A stretch of DNA of 52,631 nt from an uncultured Lachnospiraceae bacterium (lineage in GTDB: Bacteria > Bacillota > Clostridia > Lachnospirales > Lachnospiraceae). Numbering within the stretch: position 1 is the first letter of the stretch; every line of letters starts with the position of its first letter. The notes under the pieces were generated by a model. It worked only from the letters and a program-made list of their open reading frames with translations. It ran no database searches and was not told the origin of the DNA. Position numbers and translations under genes: made by a program. The stretch lies in the NCBI GenBank assembly GCA_947385785.1, contig CANDMH010000001.1, positions 1-52,631 of the forward strand, read 5' to 3'. Of the stretch, positions 28,351 through 37,358 are shown piece after piece.

Positions 28351-29574
28351 TCAGCCTTCGCAGGGGCGAATCGCGGCCTCCTTCTCCTGGTACTTATACG
28401 GAATGCAGAATTCCTTATGTCCCAGCACTTCGCCTTTGGTTCTGCGCCCTCCGCAGACACTGCCGATATACTTCCCCAGCCGTGTCGCAGTCTCCTCCAG
28501 GGTAGCTTCCCCTTCCAGCACCAGCCCTGCGTCGAAGTCCATATCCCCCTCCAGTTTCGTAAAAGTTTCGTGATTCCCCGTCACCTTCACCACCGGGGCC
28601 ACTGCGCTGCCTGTCACATTGCCGCGCCCTGTCACCAGTATGGTCAGGTGGCAGCCGCAGCTGATCAGGGCCATCAAGCCCTCGTTGTCATTGGGGTTCG
28701 TGATGCCGAACTGCATAAAATGGGGATCCGGCGTGCTGTCCAGGAGCCACAGCCCCTTTGCAGGCGGGACCATGGCCGCCTTCAGCACTCCCTTTATGGG
28801 CTTCGTGCCGCTTTTGGCAAAAGCTCCCATGCTTTTCTCCTCTATGGTGGTAAGCCCTCCGGCAAAGTTTCCCGGACTCACTGAATACTGGCGTACGCTC
28901 CTGCAGTAATCCAGAGCCTTGTCATAAGTCCATGCCAGCTCCCGCCCTGCCTTTTCGTCCGCCGCCCGCTCCAGCAGCAGCGCCTTCAGCCCCACAGCCT
29001 CCACAATCTCTTCAAAGACAGGGGTTCCGCCCAGTTCCTCCAGCATATCGTAAAATTTCCCTACCACCACATTGCCCGCCAGGCCGCTGGTAAAGTCGCT
29101 GCCCCCGCACTCGGCCCCCACCACCAGATCCCGAAATCCCATAGGCGTTCTCGGCGTGTCCTTCAGCTTCTCCAGCATCCGGTGAACCGTCTCCACACCC
29201 CTCCTGATGCTTTCCAGTGTTCCTCCGTTTTCCTGAATCATCAGATACGCTGCTTCCCTTCCCCGTTCCTGCGCGGCCTCAGCCAGCCGCTCTGCCCGGG
29301 TATACTCACATCCCAGCCCCACTGCCAGCACCGCGCCCACATTGGGATGCGTCACCAGGGAAAGGAGCATATGTATGGCATATGCGTTATCCGTGCAGCC
29401 CCCGAAGCCGATGACCTCCACATCCGGATGGCCTGCCTGACCTGCGATTTCCCTGGCCACATGGGACGCGCATTCTACCGTATATACCACCAGAACCTTA
29501 TTCCGGATACCCGGGCTGCCGTTCCCGCGCCGATATCCCAGCCAGGACATCTCCTTCCATTCCTGTAAATCCAT
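28351..29574 (-). CDS. UxaA/GarD/SuyB-family acid-sugar dehydratase, catalytic subunit
   Basis: GYRR..GIRN, HPNVG..LGCE, ECGGSD..SG, GN..GGLTTIEEKSMG, TGRG, DMDFDAG; GGAGGG RBS. Confidence 0.88.
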   Translation of the reverse strand: MDLQEWKEMSWLGYRRGNGSPGIRNKVLVVYTVECASHVAREIAGQAGHPDVEVIGFGGCTDNAYAIHMLLSLVTHPNVGAVLAVGLGCEYTRAERLAEAAQERGREAAYLMIQENGGTLESIRRGVETVHRMLEKLKDTPRTPMGFRDLVVGAECGGSDFTSGLAGNVVVGKFYDMLEELGGTPVFEEIVEAVGLKALLLERAADEKAGRELAWTYDKALDYCRSVRQYSVSPGNFAGGLTTIEEKSMGAFAKSGTKPIKGVLKAAMVPPAKGLWLLDSTPDPHFMQFGITNPNDNEGLMALISCGCHLTILVTGRGNVTGSAVAPVVKVTGNHETFTKLEGDMDFDAGLVLEGEATLEETATRLGKYIGSVCGGRRTKGEVLGHKEFCIPYKYQEKEAAIRPCEG

Positions 29575-29664
29575 GATACCCTCCATAGACCTGAGCCGCT
29601 GCATTCCATTTGACACTTCCTCAGGAATTGCCGGAAAATCTGCAGACATTTCCTCAGTACATCC

Positions 29665-29766
29665 TATACTCGTGAGCGCATCCATTTACCATTTTCTGTT
29701 CTTCACCCCGGAAGCGCTCACTCGTTATACAATTTCAACCGGCAAATGTTTTTGCTCGTGAGTATA
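29665..29766. repeat. Family-1 102-bp palindromic element (MITE/REP-like) with TATACTC terminal inverted repeats
   Basis: Reverse complement aligns end to end with 35726..35827. Confidence 0.85.
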
Positions 29767-29795
29767 AATTGCAGAAAAAAAGCCTTCCGCACGCA

Positions 29796-30149
29796 TCAGT
29801 TATCTTCCGGTAATCCGTAAGGAATATCCGCAGGTATCCCCGTGTGGATATCCAGCCCGGAGCTGCGCTCGTCATAGCAGCTTTTCATGCAGTGCAGATG
29901 AACCCATTGCCCCGGCCGGATGTCCGCCGTGGCCTCCCCGATGGAAACCCCGTATTTTATCACCGGCTCGCCCTTTCCCACAGGCCGTACAGCCACTTTA
30001 TGGCCCCGTGGAATCTCCTCCGCCGCTTCCCGCAGTTCTTCCTGCCCGCCGCCGAACAAAAGGAAGGTCCCCTCCGGTATGACTGTCAGAGCCGTTGCCA
30101 CATTGTCCCCGGACGTAATCTGAAATGCTCTTGCTCCCTGCTTTTTCAT
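29796..30149 (-). CDS. UxaA-family small subunit (SAF domain)
   Basis: DNVATAL..IPRGHKVA..GEPVIKYG..IG.A..DI..GQWVHLH. Confidence 0.85.
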   Translation of the reverse strand: MKKQGARAFQITSGDNVATALTVIPEGTFLLFGGGQEELREAAEEIPRGHKVAVRPVGKGEPVIKYGVSIGEATADIRPGQWVHLHCMKSCYDERSSGLDIHTGIPADIPYGLPEDN

Positions 30150-30277
30150 GTCTATCCCCCTGCCAATCAATGTTTGAAACGAGTTTTCAAACCTGTTACC
30201 CCGTATGCGCTTTGGCGCACATACCAGGCAATCGCCGCTTCCGTTCTTTATTCCGTCTATCGCAAAACTTTTTTTCG

Positions 30278-30931
30278 TCACAGGACTCCGAATTTTGCGA
30301 AGGCCTCCGTGACAGACATACCGCCTTCCACCGCTTTCCGCAGTCCTTTCTCCCTGGACGCCTTGTCCAGCGCTTCCTCCACGACTTCGCCTGCAATTGT
30401 CTTCGGAATCACCAGCACGCCGTCCACATCTCCGAAGATATAGTCCCCGTCATGAACCGTCACCTGCCCTGTCTCAATGGTGCATCTGTAATCCACCACC
30501 TGGGTCCGAACACTGGAGTCCTGAGCGTAACAGCCCCATGAAAATACCGGCCAGTTCTGCTCCAGTACCTGTGGCGTATCGCGATGCCAGCCGTCCACCA
30601 CCGCGCCGTTTCCTCCTCTGGTTTTCGCTGTGGCAGTCAGCAGCTCTCCCCAATAAGCACAGCGCCCCGTCCCTCCGGCGGCTATGTAGATCTCTCCCGG
30701 CTGAATCTGATCCAGGCATTCACACAGCCTCCCGAAGGGCTTCTCCTGCACCCCAAACACGTCGATCATCAGGACAGTCATTGCTTTGCCCGCCAGTTTC
30801 ATGTCGTCCCGAAGGGGACGGATCTTCTGGGGAAGAAACTGATGCGTATATCCTCTTGCATCCAGAATGTCCCCCACTACCGGAGTGTACAGCTTCTCCC
30901 GCATCAGCGCAAACAGTTCTGTCTCCTGCAT
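30278..30931 (-). CDS. RraA family protein (HMG/CHA aldolase-like)
   Basis: [22 protein letters not shown] and [15 protein letters not shown]. Confidence 0.9.
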   Translation of the reverse strand: MQETELFALMREKLYTPVVGDILDARGYTHQFLPQKIRPLRDDMKLAGKAMTVLMIDVFGVQEKPFGRLCECLDQIQPGEIYIAAGGTGRCAYWGELLTATAKTRGGNGAVVDGWHRDTPQVLEQNWPVFSWGCYAQDSSVRTQVVDYRCTIETGQVTVHDGDYIFGDVDGVLVIPKTIAGEVVEEALDKASREKGLRKAVEGGMSVTEAFAKFGVL

Positions 30932-30974
30932 TTCTTTATTCTCCTCTCCTGCAAATTTTTCCGCAGATCTTGTT

Positions 30975-31093
30975 CTAAGGAATTGTAGCCACTTCCTAAG
31001 GAATTGTAGCCACTTCCTAAGGAATTGTAGCCACTTCCTAAGGAATTGTGGCCACTTCCTAAGGAATTACAAACACTTCCTGAGGAATTGTCG
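30975..31093. repeat. 21-bp tandem array (CTAAGGAATTGTAGCCACTTC x ~5.5) running into a family-2 arm
   Basis: Units start at 30975, 30996, 31017, 31038, 31059 and 31080. Confidence 0.95.
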
Positions 31094-31441
31094 AAAAATA
31101 ACTGATGCAACTTGTTTCAGGAAAACCTGTAGCTACAATAGAAAACGGTCATAAACCTGCATCAGTTATTTGTAGACATTTTCTTATTATCAGAAAATGG
31201 ATAAATCTTATTAATTATTTCTGTCATATATCACAAGAGGAATCATATCATATAATGCCAGGGTTTTCAACTACTATTTTTCTGCTTTCTGATTTTATTT
31301 TCAGTTCTGTTTTCCATAGCTTTATACAGCGCTCCACATTCTTGTGATATATTACATCTTGTCCTTTCCTTTTCTTTGTGTTATGATAACATTGTCTTCC
31401 CAATATTGCAGGCAGATCTCATCTGCAGAAAGGAGCCACAC

Positions 31442-32086
31442 TTGAAAACCCCCACCCTGAAAGAACGCGCTTACGGGCACATCCGCCATAAGCTGAAAAT
31501 GTGCGAATACATGCCGGGAGAAGCCATCAATGAAGGAAAGATTATGGAGGAAACCGGTATCGGCAGGACACCGGTGCGGGAGGCCATTCTGTCCCTGAAG
31601 GAAGAGGGCCTGATTGAAATCCGCCCCCGCAGGGGCACCTTCGCCGCCCCCATAACCGAATTTCAGATCAATGAAAGCTACCAGATCCGCAGGCTTTTGG
31701 AGCCTGCTGCCGCCGTAAAATACAAGCAGCAGTTTGACAAGAGCGCCCTGCTGGACTACGACTCTCTGTTCGAGCATCTGGATACCAGCGACGATGAGAA
31801 ATACTATGATCTGGACATCCGGTTTCATCAGTCCATCATCAATGCCACCGGCAATCCCATGCTGATGGCTTTCTACGAAAAGGTCATGTTCACCCAGTAC
31901 CGCATCGGCATCTACAATTCTGTCCGCGGCATGGCCCGGAAAGAAAATTATTACTCGGAGCATCATGATATTATCCGCGCGCTCCTGGAGGAAGAGGACA
32001 AGCGTATCGAGGAAGCATGTATCCGCCATATCAGCAGAAGCCATATCATCTCCCTGAAGGCGCTGAAATACGGAAATACCGGTTAA
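31442..32086 (+). CDS. GntR family (FCD) transcriptional regulator
   Basis: HTH GIGRTPVREA..L..EGLI...PRRG; FCD motifs DIRFH and EHHDII; TTG start after AGGAG. Confidence 0.9.
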   Translation: MKTPTLKERAYGHIRHKLKMCEYMPGEAINEGKIMEETGIGRTPVREAILSLKEEGLIEIRPRRGTFAAPITEFQINESYQIRRLLEPAAAVKYKQQFDKSALLDYDSLFEHLDTSDDEKYYDLDIRFHQSIINATGNPMLMAFYEKVMFTQYRIGIYNSVRGMARKENYYSEHHDIIRALLEEEDKRIEEACIRHISRSHIISLKALKYGNTG

Positions 32087-32105
32087 TAGAAAGGAACGGA
32101 AAAAT

Positions 32106-33230
32106 ATGAAAATCGAAAAATTTGAAACCTGGTGGGTAAAGAGGGACAAATGTCTCTTTGACGAAAAGCGCAGAGGCAGCAGCGCCATGGACTGGGACGT
32201 CATCGTGATCAGGCTCACCACCGACAACGGGACAGAAGGCCTGGCCACAGCCCTTGCTGCCAGAAACGGCAATGTGACCGAAAGCTATCTCCATGACAAC
32301 ATCGCTCCGGTCATTCTGGGCCGGGATCCCCATGACCGGGAGAAAATATGGCATGACCTCTGGAATATTGACAGGCACCTGACCTTTTTCCCGGTGTATC
32401 TGCCGGGCCCGGTGGATGTGGCCCTGTGGGATATCTGTGCCAAAGAGGCCGGGCTTCCTCTCTACAAATACATCGGCGCCTACCGTGAGAAGCTGCCGGT
32501 CTACGCCAGCGGCCTGTTCCATGAAACCGCTGAGGATTACATTCGGGAAGCGCTTGCCTACAAAAGCCGCGGCATCAGGATATACAAAGCCCATCCTCCC
32601 GGCCCTTATACCCTGGATATGGAGATTCACCGGGCCCTCCGGGACGCTGTGGGGGACGACATGATACTGATGAGCGACCCTGTGGCGGAATATACTCTGG
32701 ATCAGGCCATTGCCGTAGGGCGGGATCTGGAACGGCTGCATTATAAATGGTTTGAGGAACCCTTCCGGGATTTTGAGCTGTACAAATACACCCGCCTCTG
32801 TGAAACGCTGGACATCCCTATCGCCGCCACGGAAACCACCCGGGGCGCTCACTGGGGTGTGGCGCAGGTTATCGCCCAGAAGGCGGCGGACATTGTCCGT
32901 GCCGACGTGTCCTGGAAAGACGGCATTACCGGTACTCTGAAGATATGCCATATGGCGGAAGCCTTCGGGCTCAACTGCGAGATCCACACCACCACCATGA
33001 ACTTTATGGACCTGGTGAATCTGCACGTATCCTGCGCCGTCCGTAATTGCGAATATTTTGAATATTTCGTCCCCGAGGAAGACTTCCAGTTCCCCATGAA
33101 GGGGCGGCTCCCCATCGATGAAAACGGGATCATCCATGTACCCCAGGCTCCCGGCATCGGCGGGGAGCTGGACTGGGAGCTGATTGGACGGCAGTGTCAC
33201 AGATACCGGAAGCTTACGGCGGCAGGTTGA
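32106..33230 (+). CDS. Mandelate racemase/enolase superfamily enzyme (probable acid-sugar dehydratase)
   Basis: VDVALWDI.AK, K-x-H, metal ligands MSD / WFEEP / ATE, GITG, EIH, PGIG. Confidence 0.9.
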   Translation: MKIEKFETWWVKRDKCLFDEKRRGSSAMDWDVIVIRLTTDNGTEGLATALAARNGNVTESYLHDNIAPVILGRDPHDREKIWHDLWNIDRHLTFFPVYLPGPVDVALWDICAKEAGLPLYKYIGAYREKLPVYASGLFHETAEDYIREALAYKSRGIRIYKAHPPGPYTLDMEIHRALRDAVGDDMILMSDPVAEYTLDQAIAVGRDLERLHYKWFEEPFRDFELYKYTRLCETLDIPIAATETTRGAHWGVAQVIAQKAADIVRADVSWKDGITGTLKICHMAEAFGLNCEIHTTTMNFMDLVNLHVSCAVRNCEYFEYFVPEEDFQFPMKGRLPIDENGIIHVPQAPGIGGELDWELIGRQCHRYRKLTAAG

Positions 33231-33265
33231 TTTCCATATCTGTTTTTTCTTTTTTCAGGAATATC

Positions 33266-33294
33266 TTGCCCTGGGGAAAAGAATGTGGTATACT
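33266..33294 (+). promoter_or_regulatory. Putative sigma-A promoter of the Rpn-like gene
   Basis: TTGCCC-17 bp-TATACT, with TG upstream of the -10. Confidence 0.55.
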
Positions 33295-33506
33295 TAAGTC
33301 CATCAAACGGGGCACAGCCCCTGACAAATTCGGCAAGCAGGACATTCGCTCCGCGCAGAGCAGCGTGGAACTTTAACTTCTGACATTCTGATATTCAGAG
33401 CTCCCTGCTTAAGACCAGTGATTCGATACAGGCAGGGAAGAGGATTGGATGCCGCCGGTTTTCCGGTGTTGTCCCGCAATCCGCATTCCCTGCGGAAAGG
33501 AAGGCC

Positions 33507-34535
33507 ATGGGGGAACCAAACAATGCGCTGAAAGCGTACATGAAGCGCCCGGACAGAATCCGTTCGGTATTGGAATACTATCTGGGGGAAAGATTGCCGG
33601 GTGACTGGGAGTGCAGTCAGACGGACACATTCCTGCCGGTAAAGAACACAAAAGGAAAACTGACTTTCCGGGAGAGGGACTATCTGGGGGAGGCAAGGGC
33701 CTGGGGAGTCCGCTTCCTGTTGGGGCTTGAGAACCAGCAGACCGCCAATCTGACCTTTCCATGGAGGCTTATGGAGATGGACTGCCTGACCTATAAGAGG
33801 GAGATAGAGGCTATACAGGAAAGGAACGATGCGGGTAATGTCAAATACGGGTCAGAGGACGATTTCAAATACCGCTACCGGAAAAGAGACACTCTGGAAC
33901 CGGTGGTGAATCTAACACTGTACTGGGGAAAGAAGGAATGGATGGGACCCGGATCCCTGAAGGGAATGATGGGGGATATGTCGCCGCTGCCACGACGGCT
34001 TCGCCGGTTGGTGGGAAACTACCAGGCGACCGTGATTCCCATGCGTGCCATATCGGACGAAGACCTGGGGAAGATGGATTCCGACTTGAAATATGTACTG
34101 GGAATCCTGAAATGTACGGCTTCGAGGAAACGGTATGAGCGGTATATCATGGAGAACAGGGAATATTTCAGCAGAATACCCAGGACGGCAGTGGATGTAA
34201 TCGACGTGTTCACGAACATTGGTGACATCAGAAACCGTCTGCAGTATGTGCAGAATCAGGAGAGTGGGGAGGAGGAAACGGACGTGTGCAAAGCTCTGGA
34301 GGATATTAAGAAACATGAAATGGAAAAGGGTGTGAAGGAAGGACTGAAGCAGGGCAGAAAGCAAGGCAGGAAACAAGGCCTGAAGCAGGGCGTAAAAGAA
34401 GGCGTAAGACTGGGAAGCCTTAAGACCTTATGCGCTCTGGTAAATGACGGCCTCCTGAAAGCCGATGAAGCCGCCAGGCGGGCGAACCTGTCGAAAAAGG
34501 CTTTCGGCGTGGAGATGAAAAAGGCGGGATATTGA
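33507..34535 (+). CDS. Rpn/YhgA-like (Transposase_31-type PD-(D/E)XK) protein
   Basis: ERD..LGLENQ nuclease motif, PWRLMEMD, PVVNLTLYWG, and C-terminal G(L/R)KQG repeats. Confidence 0.8.
   Translation: MGEPNNALKAYMKRPDRIRSVLEYYLGERLPGDWECSQTDTFLPVKNTKGKLTFRERDYLGEARAWGVRFLLGLENQQTANLTFPWRLMEMDCLTYKREIEAIQERNDAGNVKYGSEDDFKYRYRKRDTLEPVVNLTLYWGKKEWMGPGSLKGMMGDMSPLPRRLRRLVGNYQATVIPMRAISDEDLGKMDSDLKYVLGILKCTASRKRYERYIMENREYFSRIPRTAVDVIDVFTNIGDIRNRLQYVQNQESGEEETDVCKALEDIKKHEMEKGVKEGLKQGRKQGRKQGLKQGVKEGVRLGSLKTLCALVNDGLLKADEAARRANLSKKAFGVEMKKAGY
34284..34535 (+). CDS. Putative internal in-frame small protein (RpnS-like, 83 aa)
   Basis: GGAGGAGG followed 8 nt later by an in-frame GTG (VCKALEDIKK), directly before the repeat tract. 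Confidence 0.55.
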   Translation: MCKALEDIKKHEMEKGVKEGLKQGRKQGRKQGLKQGVKEGVRLGSLKTLCALVNDGLLKADEAARRANLSKKAFGVEMKKAGY

Positions 34536-34544
34536 CAGGAAGAT

Positions 34545-34670
34545 GGCGAGAAAGCTGTGGCAAAGGGCTGTAAGGTGCTCGGCGTGTATGGCTGCCGTGG
34601 TTTTGACACCTTCGGGCCGTTTAAGCTGATAGGGGGCATCGCGAAAGGGCATCCCACAGAAAAGCATTCT
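34545..34670 (+). pseudogene. Flavodoxin C-terminal remnant
   Basis: KGCKVLGVYGCRGFDTFGPFKLIGGIAKGHP motif present, N-terminal half absent. Confidence 0.7.
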
Positions 34671-34719
34671 GCTGCAAAGGAATGCTTCCTGCGGGATGTT
34701 CTCTATATTTCCGGGTTTA

Positions 34720-35583
34720 TTAAATCTCCATCAGTTCATATTCCCGGCTGCCCACGCCAATCTGTACGGCCGCCTCCACGGTATGGACACCGTTCCTGGA
34801 TTCGATCCGCTCCAGCAGATGGTCTCTGCCCGGGTCGTCGGATGCATATACCAGGTCAAGGCATGCCTGATCCAGCGCTACCGGATCCAGGGAAGCCAGT
34901 ATACCGATATCCCCCATGGCCGGATCCTCCGCCACAGCACAGCAGTCGCAGTCCACGGACATATTCTTCATTACATTTATAAACACGATTCTGTCGCCGA
35001 ACAGCTCCATAATGGACTTGCAGGCATCCGCCATGGACTCCAGGAAGGAATCATGGTCCGAATTCCAGAAATTGTTCACATCGCCTACCCCGTGGATATA
35101 TGCCTTTCCATGAGAAGATGCCAGACCGATGGAAATGTTCTTCAGCGCTCCGCCGAACCCTCCCATGGGATGTCCCTTGAAGTGAGACAGGACTAACATG
35201 GAATCATATTTTTCGATATTCTTTCCCACATAATTCTTCTGTATCTTCTGACCCTCCGGTACAGAGAGCTCGATCTCTCCCTCCGCATCCAGGATATCCA
35301 CCTCGGCCGTATCCGTCCAGCCATGAAGCTTCATGGTCTCGCGGTGAGCCTGTGTGGTATTTCGTTTTCCCTCATACGCTGTATTGCACTCCACAATGGT
35401 GCCCTTTACCCTGTCGATGACAGGCTTCATCAGCTCCGGGCGCAGGAAATTCTGATTCCCCACCTCACCGGAATGGAGCTTTACGGCCACCCTCCCCGGC
35501 AACTCCACTCCCATTGCTTCATACATTTTGACCATGGCCTGAGGGGTTATCTCCTTCGTAAAGTAAACCTTTGCTTTTCCCAT
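34720..35583 (-). CDS. DUF362 family Fe-S-associated protein
   Basis: VAVKLHSGE, ECNTAY, SHFKGH..GFGGALKN, DCDC, DIGILASLDPVALDQAC. Confidence 0.88.
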   Translation of the reverse strand: MGKAKVYFTKEITPQAMVKMYEAMGVELPGRVAVKLHSGEVGNQNFLRPELMKPVIDRVKGTIVECNTAYEGKRNTTQAHRETMKLHGWTDTAEVDILDAEGEIELSVPEGQKIQKNYVGKNIEKYDSMLVLSHFKGHPMGGFGGALKNISIGLASSHGKAYIHGVGDVNNFWNSDHDSFLESMADACKSIMELFGDRIVFINVMKNMSVDCDCCAVAEDPAMGDIGILASLDPVALDQACLDLVYASDDPGRDHLLERIESRNGVHTVEAAVQIGVGSREYELMEI

Positions 35584-35725
35584 ATAAACCCGCCTTTCTT
35601 CTCACCGGCATTCCATGCCGGCAATAAGGAAATGTCTGCCGACCGTTCCCAAGGCCATTCTATCATACTTTCCACAGGGAAACAAGCCCCTGCAGCAAGC
35701 TGCGGGGTATCAGACCCGTGAAACT

Positions 35726-35827
35726 TATACTCACGATTGAAAACATTTGCCAGTTGAAATCGTATAACAAGTGAGCGCTTCCGCAGTCTGGAACAAAAAG
35801 CGGCAAATGTATGCGCTCACGAGTATA
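35726..35827. repeat. Family-1 102-bp palindromic element
   Basis: TATACTCACGA...GCGCTCACGAGTATA; homologous to the 29665 and 50865 copies. Confidence 0.85.
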
Positions 35828-35879
35828 ATTGCCATAGACCTGTGAAACCCGTGAATGAATGAACAGTAACGGTGCCATG

Positions 35880-37358
35880 TCAGGAAAAAGGAAAACACCA
35901 TTGGCAGGCCATGGCAACCGCCTTCTTCCAGGCAGCATATTTCGCCTCCCTGCGCCTCTCTTCCATCTCGGGCTGATACCTCCGGTATTCCATCCGGGCG
36001 AACAAATCCTCCCTCCGGTAAATCCCGGCAGTAAGCCCCGCAAGATAAGCCGCTCCCATGGCGGACAGCTCTTCCCGCTCCGCTGCGCTTACCCTCACGC
36101 CTGCCAGGTCGCTCTGCATCTGCATCAGGTAAGCATTCTTCGCAGGCCCTCCGTCCGTGCGCAGCTCCTGAAGTCCGCAGCCGCTGTCCTGCTCCATGGC
36201 TTTCAGCACATCCGTCACCTGGAACGCAATGCTGTCCAGGGCGGCCCGGGCCAGCTCCGCCCGTCCCGTGGTGCGCCCCATGCCGCACAGGAGCGCTTTC
36301 ACATCGTCTTTCCAGTAAGGGGCAGACAGCCCGGTAAAGGCGGGAACCAGCACGCAGCCGTCCGCAGGATTCGCCTGCCTGGCAAGGCTTTCCGTCTCCC
36401 CCGGAGAGTTGATTACACCTATATCTTCCTTCAGCCAGGTGATCACCGCCCCGGTGTAATTGATATTTCCCTCCAGTACATAGTCCACCCTGCCGCCGAT
36501 CCCCCAGGCCAGGGATGTGGCAAGCCCGTTTTCGCTGTGTACAAAGGTTTCCCCGATATTCATCATCACCGAGGAGCCTGTGCCGTAGGTGGCTTTTACC
36601 ATGCCGCTTTTATGGCAGCCCTGTCCGAACAGCGCCCCGTGGGAATCCCCCAGCATGGCCAGAATCGGAACTTCATGGTCCAGGAAGCCTTCAAAATCCG
36701 TCGTCCCGAAGCGGCTGTCACTGGGAACAGCCTCAGGCAGCGCTTCCATGGGAATCCCGAAAAGCCTGCACAGTTCCGGGTCCCAGGTCAGCGTACGCAG
36801 GTTGAAAAGCTGGGTACGGGAAGCGTTCGAATAATCGGTTTTATATACATGGTTTTTCGTCAGCCTGTAGAGAAGCCAGCTGTCCACAGTGCCGAAATGA
36901 AGTCTGGTATCCGCGGGAAGCCCGGCTGCCGCATGCTCCAGCAGCCAGGCCATCTTCGCCCCGGGGAAATAGGGCGACAGAGGAATCCCCGACCTCTCAT
37001 AGACCAGCTCCGCGCTTTCCTTCAGCCGCCGCACAATCCCCTCTGCCCGGCTGCACTGCCATACAATGGCGGGATGCAGCGGCCTGCCTTCCTGATCCCA
37101 CAGCAGCGTAGTCTCTCTCTGGTTACTGATCCCTGCGGCGGCAATCTGCCCTGCCGGGATCTTCGCCCCCTCCACCGCCATTTTCACTGCCCGGATCACA
37201 TTCCGGTAGATTTCCTCCGGGTCATGGGAGACCCAGCCCAGTTCATTGACGATCTGTCTGTGAGGCACATCCGCCCGGTACAGGACATTGCCCTCCCCGT
37301 CAAAAATCATAGCCTTAGTCCCCTGGGTACTCTGATCGATTCCTATTATATATTGCAT
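35880..37358 (-). CDS. FGGY carbohydrate kinase, GlpK-like (candidate apulose kinase)
   Basis: IDQSTQGTK, ISNQRETT, WQC, TDYSNASRT, KATYGTG, PAFTGL.APYW, DGG; cotranscribed with the split transketolase. Confidence 0.88.
   Translation of the reverse strand: MQYIIGIDQSTQGTKAMIFDGEGNVLYRADVPHRQIVNELGWVSHDPEEIYRNVIRAVKMAVEGAKIPAGQIAAAGISNQRETTLLWDQEGRPLHPAIVWQCSRAEGIVRRLKESAELVYERSGIPLSPYFPGAKMAWLLEHAAAGLPADTRLHFGTVDSWLLYRLTKNHVYKTDYSNASRTQLFNLRTLTWDPELCRLFGIPMEALPEAVPSDSRFGTTDFEGFLDHEVPILAMLGDSHGALFGQGCHKSGMVKATYGTGSSVMMNIGETFVHSENGLATSLAWGIGGRVDYVLEGNINYTGAVITWLKEDIGVINSPGETESLARQANPADGCVLVPAFTGLSAPYWKDDVKALLCGMGRTTGRAELARAALDSIAFQVTDVLKAMEQDSGCGLQELRTDGGPAKNAYLMQMQSDLAGVRVSAAEREELSAMGAAYLAGLTAGIYRREDLFARMEYRRYQPEMEERRREAKYAAWKKAVAMACQWCFPFS

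Noticed and set aside
29575-29685. N-terminal extension of the UxaA-like gene
   Set aside because: Overlaps family-1 and family-2 repeats; the GGAGGG RBS supports 29574.
30975-31093. 21-bp array as a CRISPR or plasmid iterons
   Set aside because: No spacers and no rep gene; the unit derives from the dispersed family-2 repeat end.
33507-34535. Rpn-like gene as an IS transposase
   Set aside because: No terminal inverted repeats or target duplication seen, and the family is not shown to transpose.
34557-34982. 141-aa ORF as an intact gene
   Set aside because: Only the first ~37 residues are flavodoxin-like; the rest is antisense to the DUF362 gene.
35880-37358. Gene symbol glpK (true glycerol kinase)
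   Set aside because: No glpF/glpD context, and coupling to a split transketolase favours another substrate; symbol withheld.
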